The notes beneath the pieces are model-generated. The model was given only the letters and a program-made list of their open reading frames with translations, was not told where the DNA came from and did not search any database. The translations under genes and the position numbers were made by a program. Shown one piece after another: positions 9,741 to 20,350 of a stretch of 64,000 nt of DNA (positions are counted from its first letter, which is position 1; every line of letters begins with the position of its first letter). This stretch comes from an uncultured cyanobacterium (GTDB taxonomy: Bacteria; Cyanobacteriota; Cyanobacteriia; Cyanobacteriales; CAWUOF01), in contig CAVUSO010000001.1 of NCBI GenBank assembly GCA_963744145.1, forward strand, positions 1,806,831 to 1,870,830, in the 5' to 3' direction.

Positions 9741-11186
9741 ATGTCTAAAACCCAAACTACTATCAACCCCAAAAATTTCGTCGTTTCCCAGGGTGCATCG
9801 ATGACTATGCTTAATGATACTTTAACCACTGATTTACAGAATGGTGATACTGTTATTCAAGTAACTCAGTCTCAGTCTAAGCGATCGCTTCAGCAAGACC
9901 AAGAAATAATTTATGATTTTCTGCTCAAAATAGTTAAAGAATGGTCTCCTCCAGATGTTTTGCTAGAATTTAAGCGGTTATTTATTGATACTTTTCATCC
10001 GGAAAAAAATGATGCCTTAGAATCTCTTTATCATATTGCTTTTATCAATGATGAGCAAGAATTTACCAATACTCTCAAACGTTCTTGCTATATCATCGTT
10101 AACTATTGGGAAGTAAATCGACAGCATCATTATATTCAAGAATTAATTAATTTATTTTATAGTGACAACCTAAATAATAGTACGCTATCACCAGTTTTAA
10201 TTAGGTTACGTCGGTGGATTGCGGCTTTTATTCATAGCAAAGATTTTGATGATTTGAAAATTTTTGCCCAGAAAAATGACACAGAAATCAAGGAAAATAA
10301 TTGGAGTAGTCGTTATAATTCTTATTTATTAGTTAGTCAGTATCTCGACTTTAATAATCCTTTTGAGCAAAGAGAAGCAGCGAGAAGAATGGCAAAAAAA
10401 CTGAAAGATCAGTTTAAGTTTGATTTAGCTATGTATACGGCTTTTTATCCTTCTCATGATCCGAAAAGACAAATAAAAAATCCAACGGTCTTAGGAGACG
10501 AAGTGCTACGTTTGATTAAAAAGATTATTTTGAAAAAAAGTCCTTTTAGTTATAAAAGTTTAGCTAATATTTTCCTATCTCAAACTGAAAATAGTTTTTA
10601 TGAAGATTTTAAAAGCAGTTTAGAAACTTATCTAATCTATGGAATCGAGAAAGCTGATTTTGTGGAAACCTTACAAAAAAACTTGTCAAAAAAATTAAAT
10701 AGTTTATATGAAAATTACAATGACCAAGTTATTACAGATGCACTATTACTCAGAACTTGTAATCGGGTAATTGAATATTTAACTACTGAAGATGGTGAAC
10801 GTCCTTCTTTACTGTTTGTGTTACTTCTAACTCAAGCAAACCCTCTCACTTTAGTGATTGTACTCCTCAAAATTATTCTCATCTGTAAAGCTGCTCGGAC
10901 TCACTTAGAAGTTTGTATTGCCAAATTAGTTAAATATTACAATCATAATTCCTCTGAGGAATGTCAATGGATCATTAACTTTTTTGAAGTGTTTAATATT
11001 ACTTTTGCAATTTACGCAGAAAATACTCAATTTACTCTGATCAAAGTCAACAATAATCAGACCGAATTTGAATTAGATACTTATCGAATTTTTTCTCAAA
11101 CCAAAATTAAGCTCGATCTGGAAGCAGAACCAGAAAATTTAGAAATGGAAACAGAAATGGAAACAGAAACAGCATTTCCTGATTAA
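9741..11186 (+). CDS. Hypothetical protein (481 aa), AT-rich, with an acidic low-complexity C-terminus (LEMETEMETETAFPD)
   Basis: Long ORF with a consistent frame and no recognisable motifs. Convergent with the downstream membrane-protein gene (4-bp overlap). Confidence 0.5.
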   Translation: MSKTQTTINPKNFVVSQGASMTMLNDTLTTDLQNGDTVIQVTQSQSKRSLQQDQEIIYDFLLKIVKEWSPPDVLLEFKRLFIDTFHPEKNDALESLYHIAFINDEQEFTNTLKRSCYIIVNYWEVNRQHHYIQELINLFYSDNLNNSTLSPVLIRLRRWIAAFIHSKDFDDLKIFAQKNDTEIKENNWSSRYNSYLLVSQYLDFNNPFEQREAARRMAKKLKDQFKFDLAMYTAFYPSHDPKRQIKNPTVLGDEVLRLIKKIILKKSPFSYKSLANIFLSQTENSFYEDFKSSLETYLIYGIEKADFVETLQKNLSKKLNSLYENYNDQVITDALLLRTCNRVIEYLTTEDGERPSLLFVLLLTQANPLTLVIVLLKIILICKAARTHLEVCIAKLVKYYNHNSSEECQWIINFFEVFNITFAIYAENTQFTLIKVNNNQTEFELDTYRIFSQTKIKLDLEAEPENLEMETEMETETAFPD

Positions 11187-12163
11187 TCTTTATATGGAGA
11201 AGGAGATTGGGATAATAGTAAAGTAGCTGAAGCCGCACCAATGGTTTCAGCTAGGATACTAATGAGACGGTAAAATGCAACAGTGCTAATTAATACAGTC
11301 GGAGAAAAATTTCCCTCTAAAAGTGCGATCGCACTTGCTTCAAATACACCCACTCCTCCTGGTGCTCCAGGAATAACGAAACCTAATAACCAAGCTAAAC
11401 TAAAGTCACTATATACTAAAGGAATTTGTCCCCAAGTAACAGAGTGAAATGCTAATAAAGTCAGTAAAAATCCTGTACCTCGACACCATAAAAAACCTAA
11501 TTCTCCTAAAATAGGTATCCATAAAAAGCGTTCTATTTTGGCAACTTTTTCTGGAAGTGAAGGATCATTACTTTTTTCAGGTTTTTGTTTCCAATTACTT
11601 AAAACTTGAATTAAATAGTTTAAACTTTGGGGATGGAGGATAATTAAAACTGTAACCAAACTTAAAATACAGATGATTAAGCGTAATTCAACGGACAATA
11701 CTGGGAAAATATTAATTAATTTCGTTCCTAACAGTTGACTACCAATTAAACTAATTAATAAGGCATTTGCTGCCATTAAAATCGGTTCTAATAAGATACT
11801 TAGAGTTGCAACACTCTGGGAAACTCCTACTGATGTCATTGACCAGACTCGACCGTAATAATGCCAAATATTACCGGGTAAATATTTAGCAACATTAGTT
11901 TTTAAATAAATTTGCACTACCCAACTAATTTTCACGGGCTGGTTAAATTCTCGGAGGATCAAACTCCAAACATATCCAGCCCAGATATGAGCAATGAGAG
12001 TTATGATTAAGCCACCAATCAGAATCGTCCATGCTGTACTATTAATGCTAATCGTTCCTACTTCAGCAGCATGATCTTTAATTGTTTTAGCTAAAAAAAA
12101 GATGGTAATCCCAAAAATTACCCAACGGAGATAGGGTTTAACCTTAACCAAAATTTGTTTCAT
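11183..12163 (-). CDS. Polytopic membrane protein, UPF0104 / lysylphosphatidylglycerol-synthase-TM-region-like family
   Basis: 326 aa, 7-8 predicted TM helices, N-terminal MKQILVKVKPYLRWVIFGITIFFLAKTI. The family assignment rests on resemblance only. Confidence 0.5.
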   Translation of the reverse strand: MKQILVKVKPYLRWVIFGITIFFLAKTIKDHAAEVGTISINSTAWTILIGGLIITLIAHIWAGYVWSLILREFNQPVKISWVVQIYLKTNVAKYLPGNIWHYYGRVWSMTSVGVSQSVATLSILLEPILMAANALLISLIGSQLLGTKLINIFPVLSVELRLIICILSLVTVLIILHPQSLNYLIQVLSNWKQKPEKSNDPSLPEKVAKIERFLWIPILGELGFLWCRGTGFLLTLLAFHSVTWGQIPLVYSDFSLAWLLGFVIPGAPGGVGVFEASAIALLEGNFSPTVLISTVAFYRLISILAETIGAASATLLLSQSPSPYKD

Positions 12164-12169
12164 GCACTG

Positions 12170-12850
12170 TTATTTAGTTAGTCCATGTTCTAAAGCATAA
12201 CGAACTAATTCAGTCCGACTACTTGTACCAGTTTTGCTAAATAAGCGACTCACATATTTTTCCACATTCCGAACGCTAGTATCAAGCCGACGGGCAATTT
12301 CTTTATTCATTAATCCTTCCGCAACTAGATCCATCACGCTTTGTTCACGAGGAGTTAAGTCGATTTTGATCAGATTTGGTTTAGGTGTAATCCCATTACG
12401 TCCGGTTAAAAGTGCTTTAATTTCTGCAATCTGATTAGCTAATTCCGCAATATTTAGGGTTTCAGCACTTTCCGTATTAGCACGTCGTTCGAGGAGATTT
12501 TCAATAATCGCGATTAATTCATCAGGATCGAATGGTTTAGAAATATAAGCATCACAACCTGCTTGATAACCTTGGATGCGATCGGATGTCATTCCTCGAG
12601 CTGTTAAAAAAATGACGGGTAATGTTTTAAAACGTGGATCTTCCCGCATTTGTTTGAGAAATTCATACCCATTTACCTGGGGCATCATCACATCGGTAAT
12701 CACCAATTGGGGTGGATTTTGTTGTAATAATGCCCATCCTTCCGGGGCGTTATTAGCAGTATTTACCGTAAACCCACTATCTTCTAAATAGGCTTTTACT
12801 GCTTCTCTTAATCCTAGTTCATCATCAACCAATAATAATTGTGCTGACAT
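12170..12850 (-). CDS. Two-component response regulator, NarL/FixJ family (REC + LuxR-type HTH)
   Basis: Likely start MSAQLLLVDDELGLRE (the track ORF extends to 12931 with an implausible N-terminal extension). The receiver has D/K residues. The C-terminal LuxR HTH is MNKEIARRLDTSVRNVEKYVSRLFSKTGTSSRTELVRYA. Confidence 0.8.
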   Translation of the reverse strand: MSAQLLLVDDELGLREAVKAYLEDSGFTVNTANNAPEGWALLQQNPPQLVITDVMMPQVNGYEFLKQMREDPRFKTLPVIFLTARGMTSDRIQGYQAGCDAYISKPFDPDELIAIIENLLERRANTESAETLNIAELANQIAEIKALLTGRNGITPKPNLIKIDLTPREQSVMDLVAEGLMNKEIARRLDTSVRNVEKYVSRLFSKTGTSSRTELVRYALEHGLTK

Positions 12851-13000
12851 TGATGTTATTGCTCCTCCCAAAAAACATACCCCATCTAAACTGATTTTTC
12901 TATCCTCACAACTTGATTTAACTAGTTGCAAATTTTTTTCTGATCATAACATATTTTTCAGTTCTGCTCTAGTCCGCAATTTCGAGATTATATATTTGCT

Positions 13001-13918
13001 ATGATGACAAAAGAGTTTTCCATTTTGAGAAAAATGTCAGTATTTATGTTAGTCAAGAAAATGGCGATCGCTATCGATAACCAAACCAGAAAGGGACTAG
13101 CTAGTCAAGCGATAATAGTCTTGATCTTACTAGGATTACCGGTTTTTGCTCAAGATCAGCCTAGTGTTACTCAATTAATTAACTCGAAGGAATGTGAACA
13201 GTGTGATCTCCGAGGTGCCAATTTGCAAACATTGGCCTTAAATAATGCTAAATTGAAAGGGGCTGACTTAAGAGGGGCCAATCTGAGTGGTTCTAACCTG
13301 ACTAATGCGGACCTAGAAAACGCGGATCTCCGAGGTGCCAATTTACTTGGTGCCGACTTTAAAAATACTATCCTGATTAATTCAAATATGAGTAGTGCTA
13401 ACTTAGCCCAGATCAAACTTAAAAATGCCAATATGGCAAATGTTAATCTGCGTGGTACTGATTTAAGTGCGCTATACTTAGAAGATTTGAATTTAAGTGG
13501 TGCTGATTTAAGTGGGGCGAAACTGATCCAAACTGATTTAACTGCTGCTAATTTAAATGATACCACTTTTGTCGGTGCTGATTTGACAAGTGCTAACTTG
13601 CAAAATGCTAGTTTACGAGCTGTAAATCTAAGTGGAGCTGTCTTATTTGGTGCCACTCTGAGAAATGCCCATTTAAGTGCGGCAATTTTGAGAGGTGCTA
13701 CCTTAGAACAGACAGATCTAAAAGGTGCTGATCTAGCTGGAGCGGATTTCCGAGGCGCTAATTTAAAAAATACTAACTTAATTAATACTATTCTCCGAGA
13801 AGCAAATTTAGAAAACGCTGATTTAAAAAATGCTAACTTAGATGGCACTGATCTATGCCATGCAATTATGCCAGATGGAAAAATCCACGATTGTTTAGCA
13901 ATTGATCAAAGTAAATAG
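13001..13918 (+). CDS. Pentapeptide-repeat protein with N-terminal signal/TM segment
   Basis: Continuous A(N/D)L(x)x pentapeptide repeats (ANLQTLALNNAKLKGADLRGANLSGSNLTNADLENADLRGANLLGADF...). Confidence 0.8.
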   Translation: MMTKEFSILRKMSVFMLVKKMAIAIDNQTRKGLASQAIIVLILLGLPVFAQDQPSVTQLINSKECEQCDLRGANLQTLALNNAKLKGADLRGANLSGSNLTNADLENADLRGANLLGADFKNTILINSNMSSANLAQIKLKNANMANVNLRGTDLSALYLEDLNLSGADLSGAKLIQTDLTAANLNDTTFVGADLTSANLQNASLRAVNLSGAVLFGATLRNAHLSAAILRGATLEQTDLKGADLAGADFRGANLKNTNLINTILREANLENADLKNANLDGTDLCHAIMPDGKIHDCLAIDQSK

Positions 13919-14319
13919 AAATTCATCGGCTTTTACTAAAAGTTTGATCAAATGCGTTCTCCGAGCATAAATTTTTATTTATGTCAATGATAATCATCGC
14001 CAAAGCTTAATCACTTAATCACGAGTGAGCTTAGATATGGATCACATCATCTGAGTCCCCTAACTCAACATAATGAGGATAAATACTGATTTAAATCCAA
14101 GATTATGTATAGCGATGATCAATTTTCCGTAGAAAATATATCGGGTGAAATTCTTTTTTCAGGTAAAATTACTCGCTCTCATCGACACCAATTGCGATCG
14201 GTCTTATTAACCGAGTTCCTCAGTCCAGGAGACCATATTTTAATTGACAGGTTATTTTATGGAGTCAGAAAAGGACTCGTGAAAATAGAAGATTAAATTT
14301 TCCCAGAACCAAAGCAGGA

Positions 14320-16509
14320 TCAAGGCATTTGCCAAACTTTAATCGTGCTATCCTGACTCCCACTAACGAGGGTCTTCCCATTATGGCTAATTGCGACTGA
14401 AGTCACATCACCTTCATGGCCAACTAAAGTTCGTAATAATTTACCACTGCTAACTTCCCATAACATCACCGTATTATCATTACCAGCACTCACCAGATAC
14501 TTACCATCAGGACTAAAAGCCACAGCCAAAACCGCACCTGAATGTTCAGCTAAAGTCCTGATGCGTAAAAATTTGCTACCACTAATCTTCCAGAAAATTA
14601 CCTTATTATCACCAATCCCACTAGCGAGAGTTTTGCCATCAGGACTAAAAGCTAAGGCAAAAACCGCACCACCAAGACCTTTATTCAAGAATCGTAATTT
14701 GCCAGTATTAAAATCCCAAACTTGAATCGACTTATCCTTAGTACCAGTGACAATCGTTTGGCTATCCGGGCTAATTGCTACCGAGAGAACCGCACCCGAA
14801 TGCCCACCGATCGTCTCCACTAAATCCCCACTTTGGAAATCCCAAATTTTGGTAGTTTGGTCATTACTACCAGTCACAACATATTTACCATTGGGGCTAA
14901 TTGCCACGGCATTAATTGCTGCGGTATGACCAGTGCGAGTGAGCATCCGTGCCCCGGTTTTGAGGTCCCAAATTTTAATACTCTTATCATCACTAGCTGT
15001 AACTAACTTTTGACCATTAGGGCTAATCGCGATCGCACCAATCCGGTCAAAATGGGCATCAATTGGCTCTAACTGTTGACCAGTCTTTAAATTCCACAAC
15101 CGAACTTTGCCAACAGTCCCAGTCCCAGCCACCAGAGTTTGGTTATCGGGAGTAATGGCCACACAATTAATATTGCCAAAATTGCCAAACAAACTTCTGG
15201 CTAAAAAAATACTACTAGGTAAAGCTGAAACCAGAAAAATTGGATCACTGAGCAACAATCCATAGCGAAAATACCCATAGACTTGAGTACCTAGAAGTCC
15301 AACTATCAACAAACTAATCACAGCCAGTAATTTATTTTTTGACTTACCCTCACTAGATGTCCGTTTAATTCCTTGTCCACTGAATTGATTAGGAGTCCCT
15401 GAGCGACTGGTACTCGCCGAACCATATTGAGTCCGACTTCCCGGTCGATTACCTACCGAACTAGATTGAGAGCGAGTTCCCGGTCGATTTACATCTACCT
15501 CATTAGTGAAAGAGCGCCCGATTTTCGTACTGCTCGACTCCCCAGGAGCGTTGGCTCTCCTGGCCATTGTATTCCCATAAGTTGATTGATTGGACTGATT
15601 CATGGGCATCGTTGGGTCAGTTTCCGCCAGACACTGCAAAATCATCTGGGCATTTTGCGGTCGCTTACCTGGGAAAGGAGCCATCAGGTAATCAATCACA
15701 TCTGCCATTGACTTACCAATATGATTAGCGCGATCGCGCCAAATCAATTTGCCACTGCGCGGATCTTCGGGAAATTCATTAGGAGACTTACCAGTCAGCA
15801 AATAAACAAAGGTGCGTCCGAGGGCAAAGAAATCGGACTGAGGCACTGCTTTCCCATTTACCTGTTCTGGGGGTGTATATCCTGGTGAAACAATCCCAGT
15901 AACGTTTTGTCCTTGACCAACTTTCGCCAAATAAGTACCCGTTACTTCCCGGGCTGTCCCAAAATCAATTAAAGCCAATTGACCATCAGGGCGACGCATG
16001 ATGTTATTGGGCTTAATATCCCGGTGGAAATAATTTTGTTGATGAACTTGATCTAAAATATCGGCCAATTGCTTCAGCCATTCCATCGCCAAAGCTTGAG
16101 TAATTGGCTGATTATCTCGTTCTTTCAGCCAATCCTGTAAGTTTAGCCCTTCAATTTTCTCCATCACCAAACAATGGACTGGTTCACTCGCATCCTGGGG
16201 AAAACAAGTAAAATAAGCATCCTTATCTACTTTAGGAATCCCTGGATGACGCAAGCAAGCCAATACGGCTGCTTCCTGCTGAAATAGAGACACTGCTTTG
16301 GGATGGTCTTTGAGCAGCACTTTCAGGACTTTTACGGTGCCCTGATCGTCTACCTCAAAAGTCTGGCCAAATCCACCGCCACCTAGCGGTCGAAGAACAC
16401 GATAGCGCCCTTGCAGTAGCAGCTCTGTGCCACAGTTGCGACAATTCCGTCTGTTTTCATTAGACGGGTCAGAGGGCTTAGGGCAGTTGGGATTAATGCA
16501 ATAACTCAC
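14320..16509 (-). CDS. Ser/Thr protein kinase with N-terminal Zn-ribbon and C-terminal WD40 repeats (about 7 blades)
   Basis: CINPNCPKP...CRNCGTEL zinc ribbon. HRDIKPNNIMRR, DFGTA, SPGYTPPEQ. TM segment LLAVISLLIVGLLG. WD repeats GHTAAINAVAISPNGKYVVTGSNDQTTKIWD etc. Confidence 0.85.
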   Translation of the reverse strand: MSYCINPNCPKPSDPSNENRRNCRNCGTELLLQGRYRVLRPLGGGGFGQTFEVDDQGTVKVLKVLLKDHPKAVSLFQQEAAVLACLRHPGIPKVDKDAYFTCFPQDASEPVHCLVMEKIEGLNLQDWLKERDNQPITQALAMEWLKQLADILDQVHQQNYFHRDIKPNNIMRRPDGQLALIDFGTAREVTGTYLAKVGQGQNVTGIVSPGYTPPEQVNGKAVPQSDFFALGRTFVYLLTGKSPNEFPEDPRSGKLIWRDRANHIGKSMADVIDYLMAPFPGKRPQNAQMILQCLAETDPTMPMNQSNQSTYGNTMARRANAPGESSSTKIGRSFTNEVDVNRPGTRSQSSSVGNRPGSRTQYGSASTSRSGTPNQFSGQGIKRTSSEGKSKNKLLAVISLLIVGLLGTQVYGYFRYGLLLSDPIFLVSALPSSIFLARSLFGNFGNINCVAITPDNQTLVAGTGTVGKVRLWNLKTGQQLEPIDAHFDRIGAIAISPNGQKLVTASDDKSIKIWDLKTGARMLTRTGHTAAINAVAISPNGKYVVTGSNDQTTKIWDFQSGDLVETIGGHSGAVLSVAISPDSQTIVTGTKDKSIQVWDFNTGKLRFLNKGLGGAVFALAFSPDGKTLASGIGDNKVIFWKISGSKFLRIRTLAEHSGAVLAVAFSPDGKYLVSAGNDNTVMLWEVSSGKLLRTLVGHEGDVTSVAISHNGKTLVSGSQDSTIKVWQMP

Positions 16510-16681
16510 GGAAGCTACATAACCCTGATTCAGACTGCCGGATCAAGACCACTATAGCTTAGACTCATCTGCATTAACTGTAGGGTCATGCCAAGCTTTT
16601 TTTTTCCAGCCGCCATAACCTGATTTTTGAGCAAAAATTAGGTTTAACGGTACTACTAATCAAAATAACAGTTATAAAAAA

Positions 16682-19600
16682 TTAAATCGGGATTTCAATC
16701 CAAAATTCTGCACCAGATCCAGGTTCAGACAAACATTTTAATACCCCTTTATGCTTTTGAACAACTATTTCGTAACAGATCGCTAACCCTAACCCGGTTC
16801 CTTTGCCCACTGGTTTGGTGGTAAAAAATGGGTCAAATAATTGTTTTTTCACCGCATTGGTCATTCCTGGTCCGTTATCGATCAGCCGAATTACCACTCG
16901 TTTATTTTCCAGCACTTCGGTACAAATCCGAATCTGAGGCTGAAAATCTGGTTGACCATCTGGGGAGATATTTTCCTGGTTAGGTTCCATCATTTCAAAC
17001 GCATCGATCGCATTGCTCAGAATATTCATAAAGACCTGATTCAGTTGACCCGCATAACACTGAACTTTCGGTAATTGACCATATTCTTTGTGAATTTTAA
17101 TCTTGGCTTTTCCCTCAAAAATTGTCAATCGATGTTGTAAAATCAATAGAGTATTGTCAATGCCCTCATGGATATCTACTTCTTTAACAAAACTTTCATC
17201 TAAACGGGAAAAATTCCGCAAGCTCAAGACAATCTGACTAATTCGTTCCGCACCGATTTTCATCGACTCCAACACTCTCGGTAAATCCTCGGCTAAAAAT
17301 TCCAATTCGATCAAATCGGTTTCTTCCTGAACCTCTGACACTGGCTCTGGATAATGTTTTTGATAGAGGTTTATTAACCCAAGCAAATCTTGCAGATAAT
17401 TAGTGGCGTGAGTGATATTACCGGTAATGAAGTTAACCGGGTTATTAATTTCATGGGCGATCCCAGCGACCATCTGACCCAGACTAGACATTTTTTCACT
17501 TTGGATTAGTTGGGCTTGAGTATTGCGGAGTCCGTTTAAAGCCCCTTCTAATTGTTTAGCTTGGGCTTGAGCTTGTAAGGCTGTAATCCGCATTTGAGCA
17601 TAGAGATCCGCTTGGTTAATGGCGATCGCCAGTTGAGATACTACGGCTTGTAATAATTCGACTTCACTAATACTCCATTCCCTAGGTTGATAACAATGAC
17701 TACAAACCACTGCTCCCATTTGACCTAATTGAGTATGTAAAGGTAAGAGTAATACGGAATTAATTCCATTATTAATCAATAATTCTTTTTGGGATTCATC
17801 TAATTTCAGGGTGGTCGCGACATTATTAATTTTAACTGTTTCTAAATTTCGGACTTTTTCAATTAAAAATATTACTTGTTCGCTAGTATAGTCACCTAAA
17901 AGACTGGGTAAATTGGGGTGATGTGCTTCATGACTAACTGCTATAGTTGGTGGTAATTGTGGAGGTAAGCACCAGAGAAAGTGACAACTATCAATTTGTA
18001 ATAAACTTTTAATTTCCTGAACTGCGGTTTCCAGAATATCATTTAATTCGAGGGAATTGCGGATTTGACTAGCTAATTCAAATAGTAAGGCTTCGCGACG
18101 ACTCAGTAAAGCTTCTCTTGCCCAAAATCGATCAATTGCTACAGCGATCGCATTCGCTACCCAACCTAACATCGCACAAGCATCTTCCGTATAAGGAACA
18201 CGACTCATAATCGCGATCGTTCCCACTAACCGTTCTTCTACTACTAAAGGATAACCAGCAAAAGCCACTACTTGTCCAGTTTTTTGATTTTCCCCATCTT
18301 GGGTTTTGACAGTGACATAAGATTGACGATTTTTAGCAACAGTACCGATAATTGATATCCCTAAAGGAATGCGATCGCCAAATTCTGCTTCTTGGGGTTG
18401 TTCACCACTATAGGAACATAATTCTAAAAAGTTGTTTTGGTGATTAAAAGTCCAAATCCCTACAAAAGCTGCGTCTAAATGCTTGACTAAAGCTTGAGTA
18501 CAAATTTCTAGGATTATTTCGAGATTCCCTCTTTGTCCTAAAGCGACACCAACTTCAGCTCCTAAGGTAGATAGACGGGAACGTTCGAGCATAATTGCTT
18601 CTGCTTGTTTACGTTCAGTAATATCAAAAAAGGAAGTTAGAATCGCTTGCTCACCATTAAAGATCAGATATCTTAGAGAGACAATCACCCAAAAAGGTGC
18701 ACCATCAATTTGTTTGATTCGCATCTCATAATCTGAAACAAATCCCTCTTGTTTGAGGAGTGCTAATACCTTAGCACTTTCACCATAATCATCATAAAAA
18801 TCATTAATTTTTCGACCAACAATCTTGTCTGTTGTCAATCCAATCATGACCGCGATCGCGGGATTAGCATATAACATCACCCCATCACTATAGCGACTAA
18901 TCATAATCGGTACAGGTGTGGCTTGGGCGATCGCTCGAAATCTTTCTTCACTTTCCCGTAATGCTGCTTCTGAGCGCTTACTTTCAGTTACATCCTGAAC
19001 TAAGGATGCTACTCCAATCAGGTGATCACTTTCATCGACTAAAGGAGTATTGTACCAATCACAAATAATCTTTTGTCCAGATTTAGTAATATTTTCCGTT
19101 GTGCTGTGAGTCCCATCCCGTTGACTGAGTAAATTATTCCAGATTTCATCGATTCGCGCTTTCGCACTTAGGGGGACAATCAACCCAATTGCATGATTAC
19201 CGATCGCTTCACTTCTACTATAACCAAAAATCTTTTCCGCCGAGGGATTCCATTCAGTTACTTCAAAATTCACACTCCATTCGATTACAGCTAAGGGAGT
19301 TTTCTGAAAATGTAGTGCTAATTTTTGTTCTGATTTTCTCAGTGCTTCTTCTGAGAGTTTGCGTTCGGTAATATCCATCAGCAATCCATCTGATAGGATA
19401 TCTCCATTCCCTTGGACTTCTGGACGTGAAGCTCCTTGAAACCATTTCAGATTACCCGAGGGGGTAATAAACCTTCCTTCCCATTTCCAAGGTTCCAGGG
19501 TTTTCGCGGAGATCGTAATTGAGTCATCGTAACTTTGTTTATCATCGGGATGAAGGAGCTGCTGGAATAAACTAGCATCTCGTTTGAGTTCTTCTGGATC

Positions 19601-20209
19601 TAACTCACAAAAGTCTCCACAACTGGAATTTATATAAGGAAAAGATATAGAACCATCAGGAGCTTGTAAAGCTTGAAAAATGATCCCTGGTAAGTTACTA
19701 GCTAACTTTTGAAACTTTGTTTCCGATTGTTGTAGTGCTGTTTGCTCTTGGTGACAACTGGTAATTTCCTCAAAAACTACTAGGTATTGACTCGTTGTCC
19801 CCATCTCGGAACAGCAGGTCGCACTCATTAATAAATCTAATATTTCGTGATTTTTTTTGATCACCTGTACAGGTATATTTTGACAGCATCCCCTTTCCAA
19901 CAATTGGGGGAAAACTGTTTCTTGAAAATATTCAGCCGATTTAACAGTGAGAATTTCCCGGAAATTACGACCAATGGTTTCACTTTTCGATCGCTGTAGT
20001 TTTTGTAACCAATAGTCACTCACCATGACCACATTACCATCACGATCCCAAGCTGACAACATGATCGGGGTCTTTTCATAAACGCTACGATAGGATTCAG
20101 CTTGTCTTTGCCACCATTTTTCTGATTTGAGCATTAAGCATAAGATCATCACCCAAGCAACACCTAAGAAAATGGTCAGCCAATTATGCTCAAATAACAA
20201 CATATTCAT
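16682..20209 (-). CDS. Multi-sensor signal-transduction histidine kinase (TM, multiple PAS, GAF, HisKA, HATPase_c), 1175 aa
   Basis: PAS blocks ending ...DITERK..., a GAF, H-box SEKMSSLGQMVAGIAHEINNPVNFITGN, ATP lid DNGPGMT...GTGLGLAI. Confidence 0.85.
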   Translation of the reverse strand: MNMLLFEHNWLTIFLGVAWVMILCLMLKSEKWWQRQAESYRSVYEKTPIMLSAWDRDGNVVMVSDYWLQKLQRSKSETIGRNFREILTVKSAEYFQETVFPQLLERGCCQNIPVQVIKKNHEILDLLMSATCCSEMGTTSQYLVVFEEITSCHQEQTALQQSETKFQKLASNLPGIIFQALQAPDGSISFPYINSSCGDFCELDPEELKRDASLFQQLLHPDDKQSYDDSITISAKTLEPWKWEGRFITPSGNLKWFQGASRPEVQGNGDILSDGLLMDITERKLSEEALRKSEQKLALHFQKTPLAVIEWSVNFEVTEWNPSAEKIFGYSRSEAIGNHAIGLIVPLSAKARIDEIWNNLLSQRDGTHSTTENITKSGQKIICDWYNTPLVDESDHLIGVASLVQDVTESKRSEAALRESEERFRAIAQATPVPIMISRYSDGVMLYANPAIAVMIGLTTDKIVGRKINDFYDDYGESAKVLALLKQEGFVSDYEMRIKQIDGAPFWVIVSLRYLIFNGEQAILTSFFDITERKQAEAIMLERSRLSTLGAEVGVALGQRGNLEIILEICTQALVKHLDAAFVGIWTFNHQNNFLELCSYSGEQPQEAEFGDRIPLGISIIGTVAKNRQSYVTVKTQDGENQKTGQVVAFAGYPLVVEERLVGTIAIMSRVPYTEDACAMLGWVANAIAVAIDRFWAREALLSRREALLFELASQIRNSLELNDILETAVQEIKSLLQIDSCHFLWCLPPQLPPTIAVSHEAHHPNLPSLLGDYTSEQVIFLIEKVRNLETVKINNVATTLKLDESQKELLINNGINSVLLLPLHTQLGQMGAVVCSHCYQPREWSISEVELLQAVVSQLAIAINQADLYAQMRITALQAQAQAKQLEGALNGLRNTQAQLIQSEKMSSLGQMVAGIAHEINNPVNFITGNITHATNYLQDLLGLINLYQKHYPEPVSEVQEETDLIELEFLAEDLPRVLESMKIGAERISQIVLSLRNFSRLDESFVKEVDIHEGIDNTLLILQHRLTIFEGKAKIKIHKEYGQLPKVQCYAGQLNQVFMNILSNAIDAFEMMEPNQENISPDGQPDFQPQIRICTEVLENKRVVIRLIDNGPGMTNAVKKQLFDPFFTTKPVGKGTGLGLAICYEIVVQKHKGVLKCLSEPGSGAEFWIEIPI

Positions 20210-20350
20210 TGTTGATTTTTGGGGTTTTACTATATTACTATCAATAGGTTAAATCTATTCGTCTAGAGGTTATGTTTGCATAAATTTTTAATTAACAAAA
20301 CACCTCCAAGCACAATATGCTAATTTTTCCACCCTGATTCTAAACTAAAA

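Noticed and set aside
12851-12931. N-terminal extension of the response-regulator ORF (MQLVKSSCEDRKISLDGVCFLGGAITS)
   Set aside because: Receiver domains start close to the conserved LLLVDD block. The internal Met (MSAQLLLVDD) fits.
13171-13848. 225-aa ORF on the minus strand
   Set aside because: Shadow frame of the pentapeptide-repeat gene (low-complexity repetitive coding on the opposite strand gives long open frames).
14105-14296. 63-aa + strand ORF downstream of the pentapeptide-repeat gene
   Set aside because: Short with no conserved features, and convergent with the kinase stop. Insufficient support.
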